A stretch of DNA of 50,522 bases from Bacillota bacterium (GTDB lineage: Bacteria > Bacillota > Clostridia > Tissierellales > Peptoniphilaceae). This document shows, piece by piece, positions 1-8,219 of this stretch (positions are counted from its first letter, which is position 1; each line of letters starts with the position of its first letter). The notes beneath the pieces were generated by a model that did not search any database, was not told where the DNA came from, and saw only the letters and a program-made list of their open reading frames with translations. The stretch is taken from assembly GCA_023393715.1 (NCBI GenBank), contig JAEXCD010000091.1, forward strand, positions 1 to 50,522, given 5' to 3'. The translations under genes were made by a program, and so were the position numbers.

Positions 1-237
1 GCGCTGCACAGCCTGCAGCGGACATGGCGCGGCGGCATGCTGCTCCCATGGGATCTTCTGATTTCTGTCTCTTTGGCGTTTGGTATTTTAGTGGCAGAGG
101 TGGTTGAAGCACGGACGCTGTACGGACTGAATTTCGTCGCGGTAGTCACCTGGTATTTGCTGGGCTACAGCGGTCGCGAGATGGATCTTATAAAAAAATC
201 AGAAATCAGGAGCAACGATGAGTACGGGCTCAGGTAG
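1..237 (+). CDS. 3' end of a CDS entering from the left edge; hydrophobic tail, probably an integral membrane protein of the glycan locus (product not assignable)
   Basis: Frame 1 is open from base 1 to TAG 235-237. The translated tail (LLPWDLLISVSLAFGILVAEVV...VVTWYLLGY) looks transmembrane. It overlaps the next gene start by 20 nt. Confidence 0.4.
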   Translation, partial: ALHSLQRTWRGGMLLPWDLLISVSLAFGILVAEVVEARTLYGLNFVAVVTWYLLGYSGREMDLIKKSEIRSNDEYGLR

Positions 238-1564
238 GACACAGCCCTCAATGCGGCGCAGATTCGTCGGGAATACGGGGTGGCTGGTAGGGCAGCAGGT
301 CTATACGATGGGCCTTCAGCTCGTCGTCGGCGTGCTCAGTGCTCGATTTCTGGGGCCGCAGAACTATGGGGTCATTACCTACGGGGCGTCGTTCGTCGCC
401 TTTTTCGCCTCGATCAGCCAGCTGGGGCTCAGTGAGGTGCTGCTCACGGATCTGGTTCGGGAAAAGGACGACGCGGGCGAGCTGATGGGCTCTGCGCTCT
501 TCTTGCGGTGTATGGCGGCTATCTTCAGCATTTTTCTCATTCAACTCATCGTGTGGGTGCTGCATCCAAACGATCCGCTGATCCAGATCGTGACGAATTT
601 GCAGGCGATTTCACTCGTTTTTACGGTTTATGAGCTGATCAATGCATGGTTTCAAACGAAGCTGTGGTCAAAATATTCCTCGCTCGCGACCATGATCGCG
701 ACGACCGTGGTTTCCGCGTGGCGCATCCTGCTTCTGGCGATGCAGGCCGATGTACAGCTCTTTGCGCTCTCGTCCTCGATTCAGGCGCTCGTCTGCCTTC
801 TTGTCGTCAGCATCGTGTTTGTACGTAAGAAGAAATTTTCACTCAAACTGTCGAAAAAGGTCATGCGCTCTTTGTTTGCACGGAGCAAGCACGTGATGTT
901 TGCGGGGATTGCGATCACGGTATACCTGCAGTCCGACAAGCTGATGCTGGGCAACATGGTGGGGCAGGCCGCAGTCGGGATCTATAACTCCGCGTCGAAT
1001 CTGGCGCATGCGTGGGTTTTTGTGCCGCTTGCGCTCATTTCATCAGCGCGCCCGATCATCATCGGACAAAAGGAAAAGGACGAGGAGCGGTATCGGAAAA
1101 TGGTGCGGATGCTGCTGCTCGGAGTGTTTGCATTCGGCGCCTTCGTCGCGGCGGCTTTTACGGTTTTGTCGCCGTGGATCATTGAGCTTCTGTACGGGCA
1201 CGCCTACCGCGAGGCAGTTCCGGTGCTGTGCCTGCTCAGCTGGGCATGCATGTTTTCCGCGCTGGGATCGGCGCGGTCGGTTTGGCTGTTTGCGGAGGAC
1301 GGATACCGGTACCTGCGCGACTTCTCCGTGATTGGTGCTTTGCTGAATGTCGTCCTTAATTATGTATTTATTCGCTTATTGGGGGTAAGCGGCGCGGCGC
1401 TGGCGACGCTGCTGACCGAAGGCATTGTGTTTCTTGTGCTGCCTTCGTTTTTCTATGGAACGAAGGGATTTCTGAGGCTGTTTCTGTCCAGCTTTTCCCT
1501 TGCGGGAGAAGGGCTGAGCATGACGAAAAAAATGGCGCGCTCCGTACTGAGGCGCGGAAAATAG
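218..1564 (+). CDS. Polysaccharide/oligosaccharide flippase (Wzx-like, MOP superfamily)
   Basis: 448-aa ORF made almost entirely of hydrophobic helices (about 12-14 TM). The N-terminus RRFVGNTGWLVGQQV is typical of polysaccharide biosynthesis flippases. AGGAG lies 5 nt upstream of ATG 218, and glycosyltransferase genes follow directly. Confidence 0.8.
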   Translation: MSTGSGRTQPSMRRRFVGNTGWLVGQQVYTMGLQLVVGVLSARFLGPQNYGVITYGASFVAFFASISQLGLSEVLLTDLVREKDDAGELMGSALFLRCMAAIFSIFLIQLIVWVLHPNDPLIQIVTNLQAISLVFTVYELINAWFQTKLWSKYSSLATMIATTVVSAWRILLLAMQADVQLFALSSSIQALVCLLVVSIVFVRKKKFSLKLSKKVMRSLFARSKHVMFAGIAITVYLQSDKLMLGNMVGQAAVGIYNSASNLAHAWVFVPLALISSARPIIIGQKEKDEERYRKMVRMLLLGVFAFGAFVAAAFTVLSPWIIELLYGHAYREAVPVLCLLSWACMFSALGSARSVWLFAEDGYRYLRDFSVIGALLNVVLNYVFIRLLGVSGAALATLLTEGIVFLVLPSFFYGTKGFLRLFLSSFSLAGEGLSMTKKMARSVLRRGK

Positions 1565-1594
1565 ACGGATCAAAAATATTCAGGAGGAAGAACG

Positions 1595-2602
1595 ATGGAG
1601 CAGACGCCCATTTTAACCGTAGTCGTACCATCCTACAATGTTGAAGCGTACCTCGACCGCACGCTGACCTCGCTTTGCCATGAGGATTTCAATGATCGGC
1701 TGGAGGTGCTGGTCGTCAATGACGGCTCAAAGGATCGAACGGAGGAAATTGCGGAAAGCTATGCCGCGCGCTGGCCGCGCATCGTTCGCGTGATCAACAA
1801 AGAAAACGGCGGCCACGGCTCGGGCGTGAACGTCGGAATGCGGCAGGGACGCGGCACATATTTTCGCATCATCGACGGCGATGACTGGGTTAATACCGAT
1901 GCGTTTCGCACGCTGCTTGCGGCGCTGGCGCAGGCGGAGGAGGACATCGTCATCACCGAGCTGACCGAGGTCGATATGACCACCGGCGCAGAAAAGCGGA
2001 TTTCCTTTCCGGACAGCCTCTTCGCAAAGGAGGTGTACCGGATGGAGGAGCTGGTGCAGCGCCCGGAATACGACGCCTGTTTCCGGCTGCACTCGATGAA
2101 CGTTCGAATGGATTTGATCCGGCAGTATGCCGTCGAGCTGCCGGAGCACTGCTTCTACGTGGACTATCTCTTTTTGCTCCTGACGACGCCGCGCGCGAAG
2201 AGCGTTCGTGTGCGAAAAGACAACGTCTACCAATACCTGGTGGGCAATGCAAACCAGAGCGTCAGCTATAAAAACTACGTCAACCGCTATGAACAGCACG
2301 ACCGCGTGCTGAAGGGCTGCGTCTCGTTCTGCACCGGCTTTCGCGGAACACCGATCATGGAGGAATATGTGGTGCGCAAAACCGCGGCTATCATCCATAC
2401 GCAGATGAACATCGCCCTTCTGTTCGACGAGGACCGCGCGAGAGGGCGGAAGAGAGCCGAGGAGCTGCGCACCTACCTTTCAGACGAGGCGCCGAAGCTC
2501 GCGCGGCTCACCGAGTCGCGTTATAAAAAGACCCTGTGGCTGCACCGTTTGGGCGTCGGCTCGAAGGGCTTTGAACGAATCAACCGGATGCGAGGCGTTT
2601 GA
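1595..2602 (+). CDS. Family 2 glycosyltransferase (GT-A fold)
   Basis: VVVPSYNVEAYLDRTLTSL...VVNDGSKDRT and the DxD motif IIDGDDW. AGGAGGA RBS upstream of ATG 1595. Confidence 0.85.
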   Translation: MEQTPILTVVVPSYNVEAYLDRTLTSLCHEDFNDRLEVLVVNDGSKDRTEEIAESYAARWPRIVRVINKENGGHGSGVNVGMRQGRGTYFRIIDGDDWVNTDAFRTLLAALAQAEEDIVITELTEVDMTTGAEKRISFPDSLFAKEVYRMEELVQRPEYDACFRLHSMNVRMDLIRQYAVELPEHCFYVDYLFLLLTTPRAKSVRVRKDNVYQYLVGNANQSVSYKNYVNRYEQHDRVLKGCVSFCTGFRGTPIMEEYVVRKTAAIIHTQMNIALLFDEDRARGRKRAEELRTYLSDEAPKLARLTESRYKKTLWLHRLGVGSKGFERINRMRGV

Positions 2603-3675
2603 TGGAAGGCGCTACACGGGAACGGATTTCGGTCATTATTCCGGTTTACAATGCGGCAATGCGCCTGCCGGGCTGCCTCGACCGGCTGTCGAAGCAAACG
2701 TACCGAGAGCTTGAAATCCTGCTGATCGACGACGGATCAACGGACGGAAGCGGGCGCATCTGCGATGAGGCGGCCGAGCGCGATCCCCGCGTGCGGGCGA
2801 TTCATCAGGAGAATGCCGGAGCGGGCGCTGCGCGAAACCGGGGGATCGAGGAGGCGACGGGCGCGTTTCTTCTCTTTTTAGACGGTGACGATACCTATGA
2901 GCCGGATCTGGCGGAGATTCTGGTACGGGAGGCGATTCGAAGCGACGCGGATGTCGTCGTCTGCGGGTTTACCTACAATATTGCCGGAGAGCCCTCCGTT
3001 TCGCGAACGCCGGGCGAGCGACTGCTGGCGAGTCAAAGCGAGGTGCATCAATGGATCGGCGAGCGCTTCCCGGACGGTATGGCGGGCTATCCGTGGAATA
3101 AGCTGTACCGGCGCGCCCTGATCGAGGCGCATCATTTGCGCTATCCGGCGCTCAAGCGCTATCAGGACGGCGTGTTTAACCTCGAGGTCTTTGACTGCGC
3201 GCAGCGCGTCAGGCTCGTCGATCGGGTCCTGTATCATTACCGCGCAAACGAGACCGGGGAAATCTATCAAAAAAATCCGAAAAATATCTGGCAGCTCGTC
3301 GAGGAGCTGGCTGCCCGTTTTGAAGCGAAGCGGGTCAAATGGGGGAAGGAGCGGAGCGCATCGGAGGGCATGGACGCCTTCCTGCAGTCGTCGGCGATCA
3401 TGGCGCTCGAAAACGCGTTCAGCGACGCATGGAAGATGGACGCGGCTCAGCGGCGCGATTATTTCGCCGAGCTTCAAAATTCGGCGGCGCTTCAGGCGGC
3501 CATGGCGCACCGCGAGCCGGACAATTTCTACTACCGACAGGCGCTTCACGCGTTGCGGTCGGGACGGTTTCGGAGATTGAGCCGGATTGTTCAAATGAAA
3601 ATGATGTGTAAAAAACAGGCCAAAGCCCTTTTTTCCTTGTTGAAGAACAGGAAGAAGGGCATTGCCTCCGAGTAA
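2602..3675 (+). CDS. Family 2 glycosyltransferase (GT-A fold)
   Basis: SVIIPVYNAAMRLPGCLDRL...LLIDDGSTDGS and FLDGDDTY. ATG 2602 overlaps the upstream TGA (TGATG). The ORF-track start at 2599 is a TTG one codon earlier. Confidence 0.85.
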   Translation: MEGATRERISVIIPVYNAAMRLPGCLDRLSKQTYRELEILLIDDGSTDGSGRICDEAAERDPRVRAIHQENAGAGAARNRGIEEATGAFLLFLDGDDTYEPDLAEILVREAIRSDADVVVCGFTYNIAGEPSVSRTPGERLLASQSEVHQWIGERFPDGMAGYPWNKLYRRALIEAHHLRYPALKRYQDGVFNLEVFDCAQRVRLVDRVLYHYRANETGEIYQKNPKNIWQLVEELAARFEAKRVKWGKERSASEGMDAFLQSSAIMALENAFSDAWKMDAAQRRDYFAELQNSAALQAAMAHREPDNFYYRQALHALRSGRFRRLSRIVQMKMMCKKQAKALFSLLKNRKKGIASE

Positions 3676-3682
3676 GGAAGGT

Positions 3683-4588
3683 ATGCGTTCGATGCTGAAA
3701 CAACTCTATTGGCGAATGGTACATATTCTGGCCAAACAGGCCACGAAAATTTCGCCGTACTGGAATACGAGAATATTGTATCGCGCCTATTTTAAGCGGA
3801 AATGGGAGCCGGATCATCCGGTCACGCTGAACGACAAGGTGCTCTGGTTGAAGTACCACGATTATTGGAATAATGAAACCGTGAAGCGCTGCGCGGATAA
3901 ATATCTCGTGCGGGATTGGATCAGAGAAAAGGGCTGTCCGGAGCTGCTCAACGAGCTGATTGCGGTGTATGAGTCGCCGGAGGATATCGACTTTGCGGCC
4001 CTGCCGAATCGCTTTGCCATGAAGCTGAACACGGGGTGCGCCTGCAATTTCATCTGTTCGGACAAATCGAAATATACCGAAGCGCAGCTTAAGGAGATGG
4101 CGCGGGCGTGGTTCAGGCAGAGATATTATCTTCGCTATGCCGAATTTCAGTACAAGGACGTCCGTCCCTATATCCTGATCGAAGAGTACCTCGGCGCGGA
4201 GGACGGCTCGCTGCCGGAGGATTACAAATTCTACTGCTTTCACGGGGAGAGCAAGTATGTGATGCTGTGCGACGAGCGCGAGATCGGCAAGTCCGCCCGG
4301 TTCTTCTATTATGATCGGGAGTGGAATAAGCTGCCGCTGACGCAGGAAGCGCTCGATTACCCGGAGATCGAGGTCAAAAAACCGGCACTGATCGAACAGG
4401 CCTTTGCGTATGCGGAAAAGCTGTCGGAGGGATTCCCCTTCGTTCGCGCGGATTTTTACATCGTCAACGACCGCATCTATTTTGGCGAGATGACGTTTAC
4501 GCCCTCTGCGGGTTTGGATCGGGGACGGCTGCCGTCGACGGATTTGTTTTTGGGCAAGCAGCTCTCGCTCGATATGACGCGGGAGTAA
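3683..4588 (+). CDS. TupA-like ATP-grasp family protein (putative amidoligase of glycan loci)
   Basis: Motifs KLNTGCACNFIC, EDYKFYCFHGESKYVMLC and FVRADFY..IYFGEMTFTPSAG resemble TupA-type ATP-grasp proteins. The start is ambiguous (TTG 3662, ATG 3683 or ATG 3692). Confidence 0.7.
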   Translation: MRSMLKQLYWRMVHILAKQATKISPYWNTRILYRAYFKRKWEPDHPVTLNDKVLWLKYHDYWNNETVKRCADKYLVRDWIREKGCPELLNELIAVYESPEDIDFAALPNRFAMKLNTGCACNFICSDKSKYTEAQLKEMARAWFRQRYYLRYAEFQYKDVRPYILIEEYLGAEDGSLPEDYKFYCFHGESKYVMLCDEREIGKSARFFYYDREWNKLPLTQEALDYPEIEVKKPALIEQAFAYAEKLSEGFPFVRADFYIVNDRIYFGEMTFTPSAGLDRGRLPSTDLFLGKQLSLDMTRE

Positions 4589-4644
4589 AATAATACCGGG
4601 GAATGCTGAGGCGCCTCTCCCAAGTCAGACCGGGAATCTGACGG

Positions 4645-4671
4645 GAGGAGGCGACGCACTCCTCGGTTTTT
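4645..4671 (+). terminator. Putative intrinsic terminator after the ATP-grasp gene
   Basis: GAGGAG (4645-4650) pairs with CTCCTC (4659-4664) and is followed by GGTTTTT. Its 5' arm overlaps the 3' arm of a second hairpin (4617-4647). Confidence 0.4.
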
Positions 4672-4702
4672 GCATAAATGGCGCAGGATAAAGGAGACGT
4701 CG

Positions 4703-5767
4703 CTATTCGATATCCTGCAAAATACGCTCAATATTTTTCAGGCCGAGGCGTTCTACGGTTCGCCCCGTCTGCCGAAAATCGGTGTTCAGCGCGGCGTTCG
4801 CCAGGTTGATAATCGCCGTCGCCGTTGGGGTAGCAATGCCGAAGTATTTTCCGAGCGATTCGATCAGGCAAAGCCCTTCGGGAACGTCCTCGGTCAGATA
4901 CCGGGAGTCGGGGACGGTGGGGCCATAGGGCGAGCCGTTTTGGGCATAATCGAAAAACACATCCAGCGCATTGCTCGAAGCATCGGCGGAGTTGCGCATT
5001 TTGCAGGCCTCGACGTAGGGCAGCCTCGGACACCCGAGGCGCTCCAAAATCGTCATCTTCTCTTCATCCAGGTGCGTGACGACATTCCAGATGTGCGGCG
5101 TAAAAACCTCTTTATACATCCAGTAGTCGCCGTTTGTTTTTTCAATGCGGGGGATGCTGAAAAGCGCTCCGGTGGTATGGACGATGACGTTTGGATTGTG
5201 CAGAGCGGCTTCGACGACGTTTTTTGTCAGAATGTACGGGTAGCGAAGCTGATCCAGGATGCGCCGCGCCCTGGCCTCTTCCCGCTTCGGGTATACGCCA
5301 AAGGGGTTCAATACATTTCTAAAGAGTACGCGAACGCGCCCCGGCGCGATGATGCGGCAGTCGATGGGCGAGCTTTCCGCCTCGATAATGGTGATATCCT
5401 TTTTGGTTTCCTGCAGGAAGAAGCAGCTTGAGAGATAGCCCGGCTCAATGAGGAACGTCTGTCCATCCTTTATGTAGGGCTGAATCCGCCGAATCACCTG
5501 CTGATGGTAATTTGTCTGGACATAAAGAATGACGAGCTCGGCGTTGGACAGCGCCTGTTCGACGTCCGTTGTCACTGAACAGAGCGTGACCTCATAGGCC
5601 TGTGCACCGTCTTCGACGGCGACACGGCGGGTTGCCAGTAAGTGGGCAAAGTTTTCATTGTGCAGCTTGTCGGATGTTTTCAAAAGAGTGACGTCATGGC
5701 CCTTGTGCGTCAGATCGGCGGCAATGGTGGTGCCCGCGTTTCCCGCGCCAATAATGGTTATATTCAT
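4703..5767 (-). CDS. NAD(P)-dependent octopine/nopaline (opine) dehydrogenase family protein
   Basis: N-terminal Rossmann motif MNITIIGAGNAGTTIAADL, with length and pattern typical of the opine dehydrogenase family. ATG at 5767 is preceded by AGGAGGA on the minus strand. The longer ORF-track start (5851) has no RBS. Confidence 0.75.
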   Translation of the reverse strand: MNITIIGAGNAGTTIAADLTHKGHDVTLLKTSDKLHNENFAHLLATRRVAVEDGAQAYEVTLCSVTTDVEQALSNAELVILYVQTNYHQQVIRRIQPYIKDGQTFLIEPGYLSSCFFLQETKKDITIIEAESSPIDCRIIAPGRVRVLFRNVLNPFGVYPKREEARARRILDQLRYPYILTKNVVEAALHNPNVIVHTTGALFSIPRIEKTNGDYWMYKEVFTPHIWNVVTHLDEEKMTILERLGCPRLPYVEACKMRNSADASSNALDVFFDYAQNGSPYGPTVPDSRYLTEDVPEGLCLIESLGKYFGIATPTATAIINLANAALNTDFRQTGRTVERLGLKNIERILQDIE

Positions 5768-5958
5768 TTGCCTGTTCTCCTCCTGTGTGATTTCGGCAGC
5801 GTCGTTCAGCCTGGATTTGCTTTCAGCATAATGGATTTGTCCTGTTTGCAATCGTATCTTTGATTACCCGGCGAAATCGATGTTTTTCCGATTATATCAC
5901 ATCGGACGGGGGCTCGGCAGGCGGATAAAAGCGGCGCCGGAGTGGTGAAAAATTTTGC

Positions 5959-5987
5959 GTGACTTGAAAACATTTTCATGATAGAAT
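5959..5987 (+). promoter_or_regulatory. Putative sigma-A promoter for the EF-G paralogue
   Basis: GTGACT (5959-5964), 17 nt spacer, TAGAAT (5982-5987) with an upstream TG (extended -10). Confidence 0.4.
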
Positions 5988-6022
5988 AAGCGGGTAAGCG
6001 ATCACTAAGTAGGAGGGAAAAC

Positions 6023-8083
6023 ATGAAAAAGTACGACACGAAACATATCCGTAATCTTGCGCTGGTTGGACATAGCGGTGCAGGTAAGACATCCCTTGCA
6101 GAGGCGCTTTTGCTGAAAACCGGCGTAACCAAGCGGCTCGGACGCGTAGAGGACGGCAATACCGTATCCGATTTTACGAAGGAAGAGATCGCGCGCGGCG
6201 TTTCGATCAGTCTTAGTGTGGTTCCGGTGGAGTATCGGGACTGTAAAATCAATCTGTTGGATGCGCCGGGCTACTTTGATTTCGAAGGCCAGGTGCTGAG
6301 TGCGCTCCGCGCCTCCGAGGCGGCGCTGATGGTGATTGACGCATCGGCCGGAATTGAAGTAGGCACGGAAAAATACTGGAATTATACTGAAAAGATCGCG
6401 CTGCCGCGCATCATTTTTCTGAATAAAATCGAAAAAGAAAACGTCGATTTCAACGTCCGTATTTCGGAGCTTCATCAGGACTTCGGCAAGAAGGTCGTGC
6501 CGCTGACGCTGACGCTCGGCATGGGCAGCAGCTTTGAAGGGCTCATCGACGTTATGGACAAGAAGGCCTATCGCTATGACGGCTTTGCGGCGAAGGAGGT
6601 CGAGATTCCCGAGAATCGCGTGGCCGAGGTTGAGGCGGCGTATGACGAGATCGTCGAGCTCATCGCCATGACCGACGACGTATTGATGGAGAAATACTTC
6701 AATGGCGATGCCTTCTCGGAGGCGGAGATTCGTCAGGGCATGACTGCGGCGATGCTGAACGGCTCGGCGATTCCTCTGATTGCCGGTTCGGCGACGACGG
6801 GAGCGGGCGTCGATCTGCTGATGGACGTGATCGTCAAATATATGCCGGCGCCGGACGACGAGCGCGCGCATTCCGGCTTCCGTCCCGTCGAGGGCGAGCC
6901 GCGCCGCATGACGTCGGATCAGCCGATGTCAGCCGTCGTCTTTAAGACGATCGTCGATCCGTTCGTCGGAAAGATTTCGATATTCAAGGTTGTCTCGGGC
7001 ACGGTGAAGCGCGGCGGAGAGCTGTTCAACGCCACGAAAAAGACCGCGGAAAAGGCCGGCGGCATGTTCTATCTGCGCGGCAAGGAGCAAATTGAGACGG
7101 AAGAGGTCGTCGCGGGCGATATCGGGGCGTTTTCAAAGCTGGAGAATACGCAGACGGGCGATACGCTGACGGCGCCGAAGGAAGCGATCGTCTATAAGCA
7201 GCTGAAGCTGCCGGAGCCGACGCTCACCTTTGCGATTGAGGCCGATTCCAAAAACGATGAGGACAAGATCGGCACGTCGCTGGCGCGGCTGATGGAGGAG
7301 GATCCCTCCTTCGTCGTCGGGCGCAACGCCGAAACGAAGCAGATGACGATTTCGGGGCTCGGCAACGTCCAGCTGGAAATTGCGCTGAATAAGCTGAAAA
7401 ACAATTTCGGAGTCAGCGCGCACACGGTTCCGCTGCGCATTGCGTATCGCGAAACGATCAAGGGACATTCCGATGTGCAGGGGCGTCATAAAAAGCAGAC
7501 GGGTGGTGCAGGACAATTCGGCGACGTATTTATCCGCTTCGATCCGGTTGACGAGGAATTCGTCTTTGCCGAGGAGGTCTTTGGCGGGTCGGTTCCGCGA
7601 AACTACTTCCCTGCGGTCGAAAAGGGCTTGAGGGAATCCCTGGAAAAAGGGCCTCTGGCGGGCTATCCGGTTACGGGCATCAAGGCAACGCTGTACGACG
7701 GATCCTATCATCCGGTCGATTCCAACGAAATGGCGTTCAAGATCGCGGCGTCGATTGCCTTTAAGAAGGGAATCGAAGAGGCCAAGCCGGTGCTGCTCGA
7801 GCCGATCATGAGTATTTCAATCGTTGTGCCGGATGCGTTTTTGGGCGACGTCATGGGCGACATGAACAAACGCCGCGGCCGCATTCTGGGTATGGAGCAG
7901 GATGAGGACGGCAATCAGATGGTTTCGGCGGAAGCGCCGTATGCGGAGATGGCGCAGTATGCCATTGATCTGCGCTCGATGACGCAGGGACGCGGCGCCT
8001 TTACGATGAGCTTCCTGAACTACGAGGAGGTGCCGTCGAACATCGCGGAAAAGATTATTGCCGAGGCGAAGACCGAGGAGTAA
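6023..8083 (+). CDS. Elongation factor G family GTPase (EF-G2-like paralogue, non-canonical G motifs)
   Basis: G1 GHSGAGKTS, G3 DAPGY, G4 NKIE, plus EF-G domain IV/V motifs (HKKQTGGAGQFGDV, YHPVDSNEMAFKIA, LLEPIM, RRGRILGM). GGAGGG RBS. It is not in an rpsL-rpsG-fusA-tuf context. Confidence 0.85.
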   Translation: MKKYDTKHIRNLALVGHSGAGKTSLAEALLLKTGVTKRLGRVEDGNTVSDFTKEEIARGVSISLSVVPVEYRDCKINLLDAPGYFDFEGQVLSALRASEAALMVIDASAGIEVGTEKYWNYTEKIALPRIIFLNKIEKENVDFNVRISELHQDFGKKVVPLTLTLGMGSSFEGLIDVMDKKAYRYDGFAAKEVEIPENRVAEVEAAYDEIVELIAMTDDVLMEKYFNGDAFSEAEIRQGMTAAMLNGSAIPLIAGSATTGAGVDLLMDVIVKYMPAPDDERAHSGFRPVEGEPRRMTSDQPMSAVVFKTIVDPFVGKISIFKVVSGTVKRGGELFNATKKTAEKAGGMFYLRGKEQIETEEVVAGDIGAFSKLENTQTGDTLTAPKEAIVYKQLKLPEPTLTFAIEADSKNDEDKIGTSLARLMEEDPSFVVGRNAETKQMTISGLGNVQLEIALNKLKNNFGVSAHTVPLRIAYRETIKGHSDVQGRHKKQTGGAGQFGDVFIRFDPVDEEFVFAEEVFGGSVPRNYFPAVEKGLRESLEKGPLAGYPVTGIKATLYDGSYHPVDSNEMAFKIAASIAFKKGIEEAKPVLLEPIMSISIVVPDAFLGDVMGDMNKRRGRILGMEQDEDGNQMVSAEAPYAEMAQYAIDLRSMTQGRGAFTMSFLNYEEVPSNIAEKIIAEAKTEE

Positions 8084-8094
8084 TCGGACGGCGA

Positions 8095-8123
8095 TTGACG
8101 GGAAAAGAAAATTTTAGTATACT
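8095..8123 (+). promoter_or_regulatory. Near-consensus sigma-A promoter upstream of ctsR
   Basis: TTGACG (8095-8100), exactly 17 nt, TATACT (8118-8123). Predicted start is about 8128-8131. Confidence 0.55.
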
Positions 8124-8125
8124 TT

Positions 8126-8156
8126 AAGTGATTCCACCGACGGTGGAATCACTTTT
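8126..8156 (+). terminator. Strong hairpin: terminator of the EF-G-like gene and/or 5'-terminal stem-loop of the ctsR transcript
   Basis: AAGTGATTCCACCG (8126-8139) pairs perfectly with CGGTGGAATCACTT (8141-8154). It is followed by only a short T tract (TTC). Confidence 0.55.
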
Positions 8157-8165
8157 CACTACAAA

Positions 8166-8182
8166 AGTCAAAGTTAGTCAAA
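8166..8182 (+). promoter_or_regulatory. CtsR operator (tandem heptad)
   Basis: AGTCAAA-GTT-AGTCAAA matches the CtsR consensus A/GGTCAAA-NAN-A/GGTCAAA. It lies 38 nt upstream of the ctsR ATG. Confidence 0.75.
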
Positions 8183-8219
8183 GTTGAGAATGGGATGAAT
8201 CGGGAATAGAGGGGGAAAC

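Noticed and set aside
6023-8083. EF-G-like gene considered as a Tet(M)/Tet(O) ribosomal protection determinant
   Set aside because: Ribosomal protection proteins keep canonical DTPGH and NKxD motifs and a different domain IV loop. This protein resembles EF-G2-type paralogues, and there is no mobile-element context.
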